Source: Bdellovibrionales bacterium (lineage in GTDB: Bacteria > Bdellovibrionota > Bdellovibrionia > Bdellovibrionales > JAGQZY01). From it: a stretch of 64,000 bases of DNA. The DNA is taken from NCBI GenBank assembly GCA_964230645.1, contig CAXRHT010000001.1:256001-320000 (forward strand), in the 5' to 3' direction. Positions 37,864-48,990 of the stretch are shown here, piece after piece; the first letter of the stretch is position 1, and the number at the start of each line of letters is the position of its first letter. The translations under genes were made by a program, and so were the position numbers. The notes beneath the pieces were generated by a model. It did no database searches, was not told where the DNA came from, and worked only from the letters and a program-made list of their open reading frames with translations.

Positions 37864-38511
37864 TTATTGAGATTTTTCGTCTTCTATCAGTATCGCGCGC
37901 ACGGGCGAGGCGTCAGCATGTCTTAATTTGAGAGGCAAAGCGACAAGCGAATAGAGGCCTTCGGAAACCTCATTGAGGACAATACCTTCAAGTATCGCCA
38001 TATTTTTCTCGTGAATCGTTTTATGAGAGGGAAGATCCTTGCTATCAATGGGGTCTACTGAAGGCGTGTCGATACCCACCAGAATAACATTTTGCTGATG
38101 TAAAAACTCAACGAGCTCTTTTGATAGAGAACAAAAATCATCATTCCATTGATCCGGGTCAGGAAAACTCCCCGTTTTAAATAGAACTCTAGGGGCCTCA
38201 ACCGCCTGCCCCTTGAGGTCCTCAGGCTTTATTCTTTCTCCGGGTTCTGTTTCCACTGCAATAACTTGGCAGGGACCTAAATAGTAATGAAGGGAGCGCT
38301 CGGATATCCCCTCACTCTCCCGGGCGTAATGATTAGGAGCATCGGTGTGGGCTCCTAAATGAAGAGTTGTTGTGATTTTCGAAAGTCCAAGATGATCGCC
38401 CTTATCCGTATCCATAAGGACGTCTCTTTGAAAAGGAGTGTCCCCGGGCCATACAGAAAGTCCCGAATGGATCTCCGGGCTGATATCAAAAATTCTCACC
38501 TTAGAGTTCAT
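37864..38511 (-). CDS. kynB: Kynurenine formamidase / cyclase family
   Basis: DIS....WPGD, HLGAHTDAP.H, VGIDTPSVD, ILEG and DASPVRA motifs; kynA nearby. Confidence 0.85.
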   Translation of the reverse strand: MNSKVRIFDISPEIHSGLSVWPGDTPFQRDVLMDTDKGDHLGLSKITTTLHLGAHTDAPNHYARESEGISERSLHYYLGPCQVIAVETEPGERIKPEDLKGQAVEAPRVLFKTGSFPDPDQWNDDFCSLSKELVEFLHQQNVILVGIDTPSVDPIDSKDLPSHKTIHEKNMAILEGIVLNEVSEGLYSLVALPLKLRHADASPVRAILIEDEKSQ

Positions 38512-38977
38512 CCTTAACAAATTGATAAACTTCATCGACGTGACCATTGACGCGTACTTTACGCCACTCTTTCACAAGTTTTCCTTTATCATCAATAACG
38601 AAGGTACTTCTCTCGATACCACGAACTTTTTTGCCATACATATTCTTCATTTTAATAACATCAAAAAGTTTGCAGAGTTCTTCATCTTCATCACTGATTA
38701 ATTCGAAAGGAAAGTCGTACTTCTCTTTGAATTTTTCATGGGACTTCAGTGAATCTCTTGAGACACCAAAGATTTCTGTATTTTCTTTTTTAAACTTTTT
38801 ATAAAGGTCTCTAAAGGCCTCGCCCTCTTTTGTGCAACCCGAGGTGCTATCTTTTGGATAAAAATAGATCACTAAATTTTTGCCCTTCCATTTAGTTAAC
38901 TGCATTGTGGTCTCACTGGTTGCCGGTAATTTGAAAGCCGGAACTTTTTTTCCAACAGTGACCTTTTTTTCGGCCAT
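38501..38977 (-). CDS. bcp: Peroxiredoxin (BCP family)
   Basis: YFYPKD.T.GCT.E, GVSRDS..SH and GIERSTFVID motifs. Confidence 0.93.
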   Translation of the reverse strand: MAEKKVTVGKKVPAFKLPATSETTMQLTKWKGKNLVIYFYPKDSTSGCTKEGEAFRDLYKKFKKENTEIFGVSRDSLKSHEKFKEKYDFPFELISDEDEELCKLFDVIKMKNMYGKKVRGIERSTFVIDDKGKLVKEWRKVRVNGHVDEVYQFVKDEL

Positions 38978-39075
38978 AAAATCCTCCTCTTGAAGACCTC
39001 GTTTATACCCTTTATTTGAAGCTTCTTGTATTCCGTGGTTGACGGGGTGCTTCTTTCTTCGCTAACACCTTAACC

Positions 39076-40098
39076 ATGACAACAAGAGAGCCTAAGAAGT
39101 ACGAAATTCCCGAGGATTTGAGTCTTTGGATAGAAAAGCAGATCAACACTTTAGGAATGAGTCTCGAGCAACCTAAAAAACTAGCCAAGGCGGTGCTTGA
39201 GGTCTCTGACCACTTCAAGAGTTCTGATTCCAAAACTCCCTGGAATTCAAAAGCCCACACCGCGGCCTACTTGGCTTATTTCTTCCCTCTCAATTACATC
39301 CGTAACCTCAAGGTTTTGGATGAAGCCAAAGCCTTTGGTTTTTTTGAAGGCATCGATGAGGTGATTGATTTTGGCTGTGGCCCTGGAACGGGGACTCGTG
39401 CACTGATCGATCAGACTGAGATTAAGAGTTTTACTGGCATTGATGAGGAAAGAAATCTCTCTCCCCTTTATTTAAGTCATCAAACAAAGCGAGAGCTTTT
39501 TTACAAAATGCAGGCTCCAAGAAAGATCTCTAAAAATTCTCTTTTGTTTGCCTCCTACGTTCTCAATGAAATGATTGAGCTGCCTTCCTGGTGTTTAAAT
39601 TTTGAAAAAATAATCTTACTGGAACCTTCCACTCATCAAGCTTTTCCAAAATTTCTGACTCTTAGAGATCGACTCATTGAGGAGGGCTACCAGATCCTCG
39701 CCCCCTGCCCCCATCATTTAGGGTGTCCATTGAGTGAGAATAAAAAAGACTGGTGTCATGACCGGGTTCACTGGGTCCAGCCCTCCTGGTTTGAAAAACT
39801 TTCCTCACACCTGCCGATTCGCAATAAAACTCTGACATTCACCTATCTAATCGCCCAAAAAACATCCCAAACCAAAAACACCTATCAGCGTATTGTCAGT
39901 GATGCCCTGGTTGAAAAGGGCAAAACACGCTGGCTCCTCTGTCAGGATGAAAATAAAACGTATTTGAGCTTCCTTAAACGCCAAGGAGAGCCCCCAGCGC
40001 TCTTCCGAGGCGATCGCATCCAGCTCGAAAAAACTGATGCCAAAGGGCAAGAAAGACGTTTTCAACGAGAGGATCTCAAAATTCTTTCTGAAAACTGA
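39076..40098 (+). CDS. Rsm22/METTL17-like SAM-dependent methyltransferase
   Basis: AYLAY..P.NY, DFGCGPGTG, SYVLNE, LEP and APCPH..GCP...WCH motifs. Confidence 0.8.
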   Translation: MTTREPKKYEIPEDLSLWIEKQINTLGMSLEQPKKLAKAVLEVSDHFKSSDSKTPWNSKAHTAAYLAYFFPLNYIRNLKVLDEAKAFGFFEGIDEVIDFGCGPGTGTRALIDQTEIKSFTGIDEERNLSPLYLSHQTKRELFYKMQAPRKISKNSLLFASYVLNEMIELPSWCLNFEKIILLEPSTHQAFPKFLTLRDRLIEEGYQILAPCPHHLGCPLSENKKDWCHDRVHWVQPSWFEKLSSHLPIRNKTLTFTYLIAQKTSQTKNTYQRIVSDALVEKGKTRWLLCQDENKTYLSFLKRQGEPPALFRGDRIQLEKTDAKGQERRFQREDLKILSEN

Positions 40099-40224
40099 CT
40101 TCTCTTCGTCTTCTCTAGCCCTATAAGTCTTTCTCAAGCCTCATTGAAAGCTTTATACAAGGTCGTTGAATGGTTTTGAATTCTCTCGCATTTTTTTACA
40201 ATGCAGTCTCTTGAGAGGAAAACT

Positions 40225-40788
40225 ATGAGCTCTAAAATTCTTATATTCGCTGTACTATTTTGCCTTACTCCATTGCTAGCTGCCCAAGAGGGAGGAGAGC
40301 CCGTGGTGATTGAGGAGTCTCCTGACTATTACCAAGAGTGTCTCAAAAACCCCAGCGCTTACGACGATAACTCCGCTAGCAAGGTTTTTGAGGCAGTCTG
40401 TACCAGCCACTATTACTTTGCCATGGATGATCAAGGCGACTTTCCCGATCCTATCATCAAAGATATTGTATTAAGATCCAATCGCTCCATCTGTGACCGT
40501 GAACTTTATGGTGCACAAATGACCTATCTCCCTGATTTCGATGCTTTCCAGAGACCAGAAATTTTTCAGAAAAAGACCGCCGAACAAGAGGTTGTGATTA
40601 TTGAACAACCAACTCTGGAGGATAAAAGGCTTTGGTTACTAGTAACCGATGGTCTTCCTCAACAATCTATCAATCACACAAGTGTTGCGGAGTTGATTGT
40701 TGATCCTAACCTGCAAGGAACCTTTATCGTTGGCACCAATTCTACACAGGGGCAGCGCCGCCTTGAATGTGAATTAAGAGCGAACTAG
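40225..40788 (+). CDS. Secreted hypothetical protein
   Basis: GAGAGG RBS before ATG at 40225; signal peptide. Confidence 0.65.
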   Translation: MSSKILIFAVLFCLTPLLAAQEGGEPVVIEESPDYYQECLKNPSAYDDNSASKVFEAVCTSHYYFAMDDQGDFPDPIIKDIVLRSNRSICDRELYGAQMTYLPDFDAFQRPEIFQKKTAEQEVVIIEQPTLEDKRLWLLVTDGLPQQSINHTSVAELIVDPNLQGTFIVGTNSTQGQRRLECELRAN

Positions 40789-40998
40789 GACGCTTTCGTA
40801 TTAGGCAGGCATGATTTCCTCAATGAAAGCAAACTTTTCTAAAGGTTTTGTTTTCTATTTCGATGCGCACTTTCGTTGTCTCGCCGATTGCTGCGAAGAG
40901 TGTGATGAGAAATAACATACAGGTTAAAACTTTCAAAAATCGGGGACTTTACCCAGGCTTGAACAGGATAAGTTATGTTTACGTTTTTTTTGGCTGAA

Positions 40999-41556
40999 TC
41001 AAACAAATGAATTGGTATCGAATCGATCTTTAAACTCTTTGAATTTATTTAGTTTTACTATCAAGTCCTTAAATGCCACTGGGCTGTGGCCCTCATGATA
41101 CTCGACTCCGTTCTGCATCCATTTTAAAAATAGATATTTGTTAAGGTTCTTGAGCTTGAATACGAGAACTTGTCCATCTAACCTACGTTTCTCGATGTAA
41201 ATCGTACTGATTTCGCTCCACGGTATGAAATATGTTTTCGTGTTGAAGCCCCTGCGCCACACCCCATTTTTTCCAACACGAAGCTCGACTATTTTTGAGG
41301 ATTTGGAAAAAGCTGTCTTGCAGGTGTAAAAAACGATCAATGCTAACATAGGAACGCCAACAAATTTAACGAACCAGTACACAACAATACCTCTGAAAAG
41401 TCCCGATTGGTGTGGCCCATGAGGAACAATCCAAGTATGATAAAATAAAAAAATAAATAATATTGAGAATAAAATTCCAGCAGCAAGAAATCCAATTTTT
41501 GATCTATAAAAGAAAAGGCTTACGTTAGTATCTTTATTCACTTTTCCACCTACCAA
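40999..41556 (-). CDS. Hypothetical two-TM membrane protein with PH-like C-terminus
   Basis: Two hydrophobic segments then FIPWSEI..I; AT-rich DNA; start uncertain. Confidence 0.5.
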   Translation of the reverse strand: MVGGKVNKDTNVSLFFYRSKIGFLAAGILFSILFIFLFYHTWIVPHGPHQSGLFRGIVVYWFVKFVGVPMLALIVFYTCKTAFSKSSKIVELRVGKNGVWRRGFNTKTYFIPWSEISTIYIEKRRLDGQVLVFKLKNLNKYLFLKWMQNGVEYHEGHSPVAFKDLIVKLNKFKEFKDRFDTNSFV

Positions 41557-41775
41557 AGAATAATTCGTAGTCTAGCTTATTACTAACTATCAGGAAAGAC
41601 CTGTCAATGAGACTTCACTAGTACTCAGAGTTTTCGAGTAGACGGGGTGCGGATTATTATCTACATGATTTTCTTGACAGTTAGTTCCGACAAAAGTTCT
41701 GTCACCCTATTGAAAAAAAGGTTTGTAAGTCATGGGCTTATTTTCAAATAGTCACTAGTGCGTTCTTTCGCAGGA

Positions 41776-41829
41776 AGATTCTTCGCTTCGCTCAGAATGA
41801 CAGTATTGCCCAGAATGACAGTATCGCTC
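41776..41829. repeat. GTC-tagged REP-like cluster 4
   Basis: AGATTCTTCGCTTCGCTCAGAATGAC plus one tandem CAGAATGACAGTAT unit. Confidence 0.85.
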
Positions 41830-41849
41830 TTTCTTAGATGCAAAATTTT

Positions 41850-43523
41850 TTACACTTGTGTGTACTCAAGACTTTGCGGATTAATACCCGTGCTGTCTTT
41901 TCTTTTCTTGATTTGAATGGCGACAAGTCCCGCTCCGGCGAGTACTAACAGAGCCAAAGCTCCCACTGTGAGAAGCGAATTGTCTTGAGCTTGTTGAACT
42001 TGTGCCACCGGTGCTGGCCCGGGAGTTTCCTCTAAGCCTTCTTCTGGGAAGGGCTCAATATCCGGAACTGGTTCGGGTTCAGGCATGGCGATCTGGGCTT
42101 CCGGTAAAGGAGGCTCCGGCGGAAGACTTCCGCCGTCAGAGAAAGGATCTTCGACAGCCCCCACTCCACCCTCCATTGTGGGCTCATCATCAAGAGTGCC
42201 TGTTTCATCTCCCACCATTTTGGGATCCACATCGGCCACTTCCATTGTGGGAATTTGTTCATTGCCTGTCCAATATTTGAGTTGAAGACCGGCTGGTAGA
42301 ATTGTTTTTGAATCCACTTGCGGGTTAATCGCCCATATCTCTTTCCAACCATCAGCAAAGCCTAAAAGCTTAGAACCCAGACGTCTCATATTGTCGTCTT
42401 TTTCAGTGGTGTAGTACTGCGGAGGTAAACCAATATCGGAGTAATAAATCTTTAAAGCACTGCGATCATCGGGACGATTGGGAGAGTTGTAATAAACTTT
42501 GTCACCCGGATCGATTCCTTTATTTAGATGGGGATTATCTGAAAGAAGTTCTTTGGTCCGATCATCTCTATAAATTTTGTCGGAGATCACTCCCATATCA
42601 TCACCGGGTCTTGCGATATAAACCGCATTGATCAATCTTTCATTTCTAAAAAAGGGATCGGTTTTTATTTTGACCACAGGAATCCAATTGGGTTCCTCAG
42701 GCTCTAATTCATCATCAGGGATAATGGGGTCAGCCATTCCCAAATCTTCATTGGGTACTTCGGGCCCGTTATCCGGTTCAGCCACAGAAATTTCCTGTGT
42801 TTCACTGGTAATAAGGGGTTGCCCTGGAGGCGGAATGGGTGAAGCACCTGGATCGGTGAAGTCGCCCCCTACTACAGGGCCGCCTGCCATGCCAGTATCT
42901 CCCGGCGGAGGATTGCCTTGTCCCATAATCTCTTCAGGAAATTGCGGTTGAGCATTTTCAGCCACGGGGTAATCCCCTTCTCCGTTGATCTCTTTGGCGA
43001 GTGCTTCCTCGTTTTCAGCAAACTTGTCACCACCACCTTCCATATCCTCAAATTCAGCGAACTCATCTTGTTCAAATTCAGAAAACTCGGAGTCACCACC
43101 ACTTTCAAACTCTGAAAAATCGCCCTCTTCAAATTCGGCAAACTCATCTCCGCCGCCATCAAACTCTTCATCAAGACCAGCGAACTCCTCACCTTCCATC
43201 TCGAAGTCCTCGAAGCCTTCTCCTTCAAGATCCCCCTCAAGTTCACTTTCTGCGAACTCCTCAGAATCACCTCCAAAGCCTCCTTCGAACTCCCCTTCAA
43301 AATCTCCGTCCTCCATAACAACATCTTCAAGGTCTGAATCAGAAAGGTCGGAGAGGTCATCAAGATCTCCCATGTCTCCGCTTTCCACTCCTCCTAAATC
43401 ATCGAGCTCGTCTTCGAGTACCGAAGTGTCGTCCTCGCTGGAAGTGCATTGAATAGAAGTGAGCGGCAGAGTTGCGCTTAAGAGAATAACGAACAAAAAT
43501 GAAAACTTGCGATTTTTAAACAT
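41850..43523 (-). CDS. Acidic low-complexity lipoprotein with LysM-like domains and C-terminal TM anchor
   Basis: Signal ending in Cys, long D/E/G/F-rich region, YIARPGD....IS.KIY and Y....DN.R.....LG....WKEIWAINP LysM-like segments, TM helix followed by KKRK. Confidence 0.75.
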   Translation of the reverse strand: MFKNRKFSFLFVILLSATLPLTSIQCTSSEDDTSVLEDELDDLGGVESGDMGDLDDLSDLSDSDLEDVVMEDGDFEGEFEGGFGGDSEEFAESELEGDLEGEGFEDFEMEGEEFAGLDEEFDGGGDEFAEFEEGDFSEFESGGDSEFSEFEQDEFAEFEDMEGGGDKFAENEEALAKEINGEGDYPVAENAQPQFPEEIMGQGNPPPGDTGMAGGPVVGGDFTDPGASPIPPPGQPLITSETQEISVAEPDNGPEVPNEDLGMADPIIPDDELEPEEPNWIPVVKIKTDPFFRNERLINAVYIARPGDDMGVISDKIYRDDRTKELLSDNPHLNKGIDPGDKVYYNSPNRPDDRSALKIYYSDIGLPPQYYTTEKDDNMRRLGSKLLGFADGWKEIWAINPQVDSKTILPAGLQLKYWTGNEQIPTMEVADVDPKMVGDETGTLDDEPTMEGGVGAVEDPFSDGGSLPPEPPLPEAQIAMPEPEPVPDIEPFPEEGLEETPGPAPVAQVQQAQDNSLLTVGALALLVLAGAGLVAIQIKKRKDSTGINPQSLEYTQV

Positions 43524-43650
43524 AGGTCATTTTATCTATATAATGAAAACAACTCATCCCCTAATTAGGAGGTCTAGACCTTATGCCAGACAAAGGGCCT
43601 GCTAATTTCGTTAAGAAAGAATGCGGCTCTCCAGCTTTAGGATGAAAGGC

Positions 43651-44592
43651 TTAGAGTTTTAGGGTTTGAAAAAAATCTTCAACCGCTTGAAAAGCCGTTT
43701 GCTTTCCTGAGCTGACTTTTGTTTTTAAGTCCTCGAATTTTTTTTGATTCTCTGAGTGCGAGAAAATACGTTGTTTGAGTTGGGCACTGACAAGAGATTC
43801 AAACCAATGCTCTGAGAAATGGGAAGCATCTTGTGTCTTGTTTTTTTGAAAAATGTTTTCGTATTCTTTTTTAACCTCTTCTAAGCCCTGATCTTTTAAA
43901 GCACTACAGGGAAGAATTTTAACAGGCCCTGTTCCCATAATTTTTAAGGCTCCTAAGAGCTGCTGTCTTGTTGCATTAACAATCTCCGGATCGCGATCCG
44001 CTTTGTTGACCACGATCAAATCGACGTATTCTAGAATTCCCTTTTTGATACCCTGCAATTCATCACCCGCTCCAGGGAGTGCTAACAGGGTGAAAATTTC
44101 AACCATTTGAGCCAATTCCACCTCGGACTGCCCCACGCCCACAGACTCAATTAAAATCCATTGATACCCAGCCGCTCCACAGAGCTGTATCACTCCATGA
44201 AGACTACTGGTCACACCACCAAGATGCCCTCTTGTCGGTGAGGGCCGAACAAAGGCTCTCTCGTGTCGGCTGAGATTTTCCATGCGAGTTTTATCTCCCA
44301 GAATGCTCCCTCCTGAGATGCGACTGGAAGGGTCGATGGCAAGAACAGCCACAGAATCGCCTTGCGCTATAAATTTCATTCCCAATTTTTCAATAAAGGT
44401 ACTTTTCCCTACACCGGGTGGCCCAGAAAAACCCAGGCGACGAAATGTATTTTTGTGATCTCTTGTTTTTTCTAAAAGTTCTTTGGCTTTTGGCCAATCC
44501 TCAAGGCGCTGACTTTCCATTAAGGTAATTCCTCGAGCTAAAGCGGTATTTTGACCTTTTAGAATGTCTTTTGCCAGTTGATCGATATTCAA
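43651..44592 (-). CDS. meaB: Methylmalonyl-CoA mutase-associated GTPase
   Basis: [52 protein letters not shown] and NKAD motifs. Confidence 0.95.
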   Translation of the reverse strand: MNIDQLAKDILKGQNTALARGITLMESQRLEDWPKAKELLEKTRDHKNTFRRLGFSGPPGVGKSTFIEKLGMKFIAQGDSVAVLAIDPSSRISGGSILGDKTRMENLSRHERAFVRPSPTRGHLGGVTSSLHGVIQLCGAAGYQWILIESVGVGQSEVELAQMVEIFTLLALPGAGDELQGIKKGILEYVDLIVVNKADRDPEIVNATRQQLLGALKIMGTGPVKILPCSALKDQGLEEVKKEYENIFQKNKTQDASHFSEHWFESLVSAQLKQRIFSHSENQKKFEDLKTKVSSGKQTAFQAVEDFFQTLKL

Positions 44593-46724
44593 GAGCTCTG
44601 ACCTTTTTCAATCAGATCAATAAGGTCTATTACTGCATCGGCAATCACAGTGCCTGGACCAAAAATCGCAGCCGCTCCACGCTTTTTTAGTTCTTCATAG
44701 TCCTGAGGTGGAATAACTCCCCCCACAACGATGAGCATATCGTCCCGATCCATATTGGCTAACTCTTTTTTGACCGCCGGCACAAGTCTTAAGTGACCGG
44801 CCGCTAAACTCGACATACCAAGAATATGAACATCATTTTCGACGGCTTGCTTGGCTGACTCTTCGGGTGTTTGAAACAAAGGACCAATATCCACATCAAA
44901 CCCAAGATCGGCAAAAGCTGTGGCCACCACTTTTTGTCCGCGATCATGGCCATCTTGACCCATTTTGGCTAAAAGAATTCGAGGTGGTCTTCCTTCTTTT
45001 TTAGTAAAGTTCGCAACTCTCTCTTTGGCTTTTTGGAAATTTTTAATTTCACCACTCATCTCGGATTGATAAACTCCTGTTAGACCTTGGATGTTTGCCT
45101 GATGACGACCAAAAACTTTTTCCATCGCCATACTCATCTCACCCAGTGTGGCTTGATGTCTGGCACATTCCACACAGGCTTTCAAAAGATTGTCCCCATT
45201 CTCGGCGGCTTTCGTCAATGCTTGCAGGGATTTTTCAACAGCTATCTTGTCACGACCTGCTTTGAGCTCTTCGAGTTGCTTGAGCTGACTGGCTAAGACT
45301 TTATCGTTGTCGACTTTCAGCACAGGAATTTCTTCATCTTCCTGAAGAGCAAGGACATTCACTCCCACAACAGCTTGTTTGCCAGAATCAATACGCGCTT
45401 GAGTGCGAGCGGCCGCTTCTTCAATCTTTAATTTTGGTAAGCCTTGTTCGATGGCCTTAGCCATACCGCCAAGCTCTTCCACTTCGGCCATATGTTTTTT
45501 GGCTTTTTCATATATGTCCATGGTGAGACCTTCGATAAAATAACTGCCTCCCCACGGATCGACGGTATCTGTTAAGCCACATTCATTTTGTAAAAACAGT
45601 TGCGTGTTTCTGGCAATTCGAGCACTAAAATCCGTCGGCAGAGCCAGAGCTTCATCCAAAGAATTGGTGTGAAGTGACTGGGTCCCACCGTAAGTGGCCG
45701 CCATCGCTTCAATACAAGTTCTGGTGACATTATTAAAAACGTCTTTAGCTGTAAGACTCCACCCTGAAGTTTGGCAATGTGTGCGCAAACAGGTGGACTT
45801 GGAATTTTGTGGTTTAAACTCTTGCATCAGTTCAGCCCACAGCATACGGGCGGCCCGCAATTTTGCCACCTCCACATAAAAATTCATCCCTATAGCAAAG
45901 AAAAAAGACAGCCTTGGTGCAAAGTCATCCACATTGAGGCCCGAGGCCACGCCTGTTCGAACGTACTCAATTCCGTCAGCCAAAGTGTAAGCCAATTCCA
46001 GATCGGGGGTCGCTCCCGCTTCTTGCATATGATAGCCCGAAATACTGATGCTATTAAATTTGGGCATATGTTCTGAGGTATAGGCAAAGATATCCGAGAT
46101 GATCCGCATGGAAGGTTGAGGCGGATATATGTATGTGTTTCGAACCATGAACTCTTTTAAAATATCATTTTGTATGGTCCCAGAAAGCTCCTCTTGTTTC
46201 ACTCCCTGCTCTTCGGCTGCCACAATATACAAAGCCAGTACGGGAAGAACGGCCCCATTCATGGTCATGGAAACACTCATCTTATCAAGGGGAATCCCAG
46301 AGAAAAGCGTGCGCATGTCGATGATTGAATCCACGGCCACTCCGGCCATGCCGACATCGGCCATCACTCTTGGATGATCAGAGTCATATCCACGGTGGGT
46401 CGCTAAATCAAAGGCGACCGATAAACCCTTTTGGCCAGCGGCTAAATTGCGTCGATAAAAAGCGTTACTCTCTTTTGCCGTTGAAAATCCCGCGTACTGA
46501 CGAATCGTCCAAGGACGTCCTGTGTACATAGAACCATAAGGCCCTTTGAGATAAGGAAACTCCCCAGCGACAGTGTCCACATAGGGATTGCGATTGCGAT
46601 CCTCGCGAGTGTAATTTTCTTTCCACAAAAAACCCTCCGGAGTTTCCCAAGTGTTTTCAGAGGTACTTTTTTCTTTTTGAGAATCACTTTTCCAAGAGAT
46701 CTTTTGAAAGCTATTGGTTTTCAT
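44589..46724 (-). CDS. scpA: Methylmalonyl-CoA mutase, catalytic subunit
   Basis: [26 protein letters not shown]12-binding [10 protein letters not shown]. Confidence 0.97.
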   Translation of the reverse strand: MKTNSFQKISWKSDSQKEKSTSENTWETPEGFLWKENYTREDRNRNPYVDTVAGEFPYLKGPYGSMYTGRPWTIRQYAGFSTAKESNAFYRRNLAAGQKGLSVAFDLATHRGYDSDHPRVMADVGMAGVAVDSIIDMRTLFSGIPLDKMSVSMTMNGAVLPVLALYIVAAEEQGVKQEELSGTIQNDILKEFMVRNTYIYPPQPSMRIISDIFAYTSEHMPKFNSISISGYHMQEAGATPDLELAYTLADGIEYVRTGVASGLNVDDFAPRLSFFFAIGMNFYVEVAKLRAARMLWAELMQEFKPQNSKSTCLRTHCQTSGWSLTAKDVFNNVTRTCIEAMAATYGGTQSLHTNSLDEALALPTDFSARIARNTQLFLQNECGLTDTVDPWGGSYFIEGLTMDIYEKAKKHMAEVEELGGMAKAIEQGLPKLKIEEAAARTQARIDSGKQAVVGVNVLALQEDEEIPVLKVDNDKVLASQLKQLEELKAGRDKIAVEKSLQALTKAAENGDNLLKACVECARHQATLGEMSMAMEKVFGRHQANIQGLTGVYQSEMSGEIKNFQKAKERVANFTKKEGRPPRILLAKMGQDGHDRGQKVVATAFADLGFDVDIGPLFQTPEESAKQAVENDVHILGMSSLAAGHLRLVPAVKKELANMDRDDMLIVVGGVIPPQDYEELKKRGAAAIFGPGTVIADAVIDLIDLIEKGQSS

Positions 46725-48256
46725 AGGGAATCCTCCAGTTGCCTGAATACGAATTGGAAAAATTCATCAACAGGTTGTTTTGGATTTAAGCAGTAAGAAA
46801 AAGGTTCCACTCTTTTTTCTCCACCCCAGACGAGATGGGGGTGAAGTTTTTCAGGGGTGTCTTTAAAAACTTTTTTAACGAATTCTCCCTCTGGATCACC
46901 AGCGAGCACAACAACGAAAGGTTCCTCACCGAGATTTTCTAGTTTCACCTCTTTGATCCCAAGGGCAGCCAGTCCGAAAAACTCACTCACTGCACTCCAT
47001 TTTTTGGCCATCACTTGTGACGACTCTACCAACACAGGAATCTCGCAACTATCGGCCTGTTTGGCATTCCACTCATCCCCTTTGAATTGCCATTTCTCAA
47101 AACTGTTCACTAAGCTATGGGGAACATAGCGCTCGACCTGACAAAGATTTTCCGCCGAGTCGAGGTTCATCCATGTGGCCCACCAATTCTCAAGACTGAC
47201 TTTTTCATCTTTTTCAACCAGGGGATATTCTTTGTTGAGTGATTTTTTAAGAACGTACTGATTGACTCCGGTCATCTTTTTTTCACGGGTTAAAAACTTT
47301 TGAGTTTGGATTTTTTGATGTTCCTGAATTTGACTATGGAGCCAGCCCGAACGAAGACAGGCTCTGAGCCCCTCTTTGTTCTCAATCTCTTGAAAAAGGG
47401 CCCAAGCTTCATCACAAAACTGATCGGCCTTTTCCTGTTCAAAAAAGCTGCCTTGCGTGGGATTGTTTAATTTATTCAAGTGAGATTCTCTTCTTAAGAT
47501 CTCAGTAATATTGCGAGAGACGCGGGCTCCTTCCGCTTTTGAAAAAAGATCAAAAGGAAGACTCACATGTCCTTTAGCCCCACTCATTAAAGCGGCTGAA
47601 TGCATGGAAGTTAAACGTAAAATATTGTTCCAAGGCTCTCGGCACGCCAAGACACGAACATCAGGAACGGTGAAAAACTCAATGTCGTGATTCTCAATTC
47701 CAATGACGTCGTGAACGCGATGAACTAAAGTTTTAAAAGCACGAAGAAGGCTTAGATTTTCGAACAAATTGCTTCCAATGGCGATTTCAAAAGAAAGGGC
47801 TTGGGCCAATTCTTCTTTGGGCACCTCGCCTTCATAGTCTCGGTAGACTTGCAGCAAAGAGGATAAAAGAATAGCGAGATCTTGAGAGGGGCTTGATCCA
47901 CATATTCTATAAGCAAGACTTGAGAGTCGAAATACACGCGCTTGTTTTTCAGCGGCCTTTTTAAAATGCTCTTTTGAAAGATGAGATTTAAAAAGTTGCG
48001 ATTGCCACAAACCCAAACTGTACGGATCAATACCAAGGTTGATTTCTGTAAAGGCACTGTTCTCAAGGATTTCTTTGTGCCACTTCTGCCAATGGGGGGA
48101 GGTTTGCACAAAAGCAAAGAGCTCTTTTTGTCTTTCAACCTTCTCCCAATCGGAACTTAATATTTGCCCCACATTTTCGGAAGTCTCAATCAGCCCCGTT
48201 TCCTCTGACCTTTGAATATTAAAAAAGGGCTTGGGACCATCCAATTGATTCGTCAT
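46721..48256 (-). CDS. mutA: Methylmalonyl-CoA mutase small subunit (divergent)
   Basis: [19 protein letters not shown]...IL..ESHL...P.QGSFF.E and GVNQY motifs; coupled to the large subunit. Confidence 0.78.
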   Translation of the reverse strand: MTNQLDGPKPFFNIQRSEETGLIETSENVGQILSSDWEKVERQKELFAFVQTSPHWQKWHKEILENSAFTEINLGIDPYSLGLWQSQLFKSHLSKEHFKKAAEKQARVFRLSSLAYRICGSSPSQDLAILLSSLLQVYRDYEGEVPKEELAQALSFEIAIGSNLFENLSLLRAFKTLVHRVHDVIGIENHDIEFFTVPDVRVLACREPWNNILRLTSMHSAALMSGAKGHVSLPFDLFSKAEGARVSRNITEILRRESHLNKLNNPTQGSFFEQEKADQFCDEAWALFQEIENKEGLRACLRSGWLHSQIQEHQKIQTQKFLTREKKMTGVNQYVLKKSLNKEYPLVEKDEKVSLENWWATWMNLDSAENLCQVERYVPHSLVNSFEKWQFKGDEWNAKQADSCEIPVLVESSQVMAKKWSAVSEFFGLAALGIKEVKLENLGEEPFVVVLAGDPEGEFVKKVFKDTPEKLHPHLVWGGEKRVEPFSYCLNPKQPVDEFFQFVFRQLEDSL

Positions 48257-48419
48257 GGCACTCTCCTCAGCTCAAGGCCTCCTTTCTACCAAAATGAGAC
48301 AAAAAAGGAACTCTCGCACCGTTCCAGTTTTCTCCTCACAAAAATGGTCAAAGAATTTCAAGTTTTTAGAGCATTTGACGATAGGGAATTTAACAATCTT
48401 ATTGCATAAAAAAACACCT

Positions 48420-48983
48420 ATGATGAGCCAACTGAACCACCCATTTGATACCTCTCACCCTCTTATGGAACCCCTTTGGGTACAATCATCTCAAATTGAA
48501 ATGAGTACTTGGCTCCTAAGCCCACAGTTGATCATGATTTTCTTTATCCTTTCAGGCCTCACTCAGTATTGGATAGTGAATCGTCGCAGACGCGCCTATC
48601 CGCAACTTCAAAGAAATAAGCGTTGTAAACTCTCCATTCCCCTAGTGATCAACACCCCCATCACTCAAGAGTTCTCCGTTCGAACCTTTGACATTTCTCT
48701 ATCTGGTGCTTTTTTAAGTTATGACGATCTAAAACACAGTATGTCGTTCACAAGTCTTGTAGGACGCCGAAATGGGATAAAAGTAGGAGACCTTGTCGAC
48801 GTGAGTGTGTTCACGGGCCGCTTTAGCCAGTTCACCTGCCAAGCCCGCGTGATCCGCTACAACCTGGAGCCCGGCACCATGCCCCCTCCCGGTATTGCCA
48901 TTGAGTTCGTCAATATGAGCAAAAAAAACCGACGCGTTTTACAAAACCTTATCGACCGCGAACTCCTACCCAAAGCCAGTTAA
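48420..48983 (+). CDS. Membrane-anchored PilZ-domain protein
   Basis: TM helix, QRNKR, DISLSGA, ARVIR and GIAIEF motifs; start uncertain (track start 48255). Confidence 0.78.
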   Translation: MMSQLNHPFDTSHPLMEPLWVQSSQIEMSTWLLSPQLIMIFFILSGLTQYWIVNRRRRAYPQLQRNKRCKLSIPLVINTPITQEFSVRTFDISLSGAFLSYDDLKHSMSFTSLVGRRNGIKVGDLVDVSVFTGRFSQFTCQARVIRYNLEPGTMPPPGIAIEFVNMSKKNRRVLQNLIDRELLPKAS

Positions 48984-48990
48984 AAAAAGC

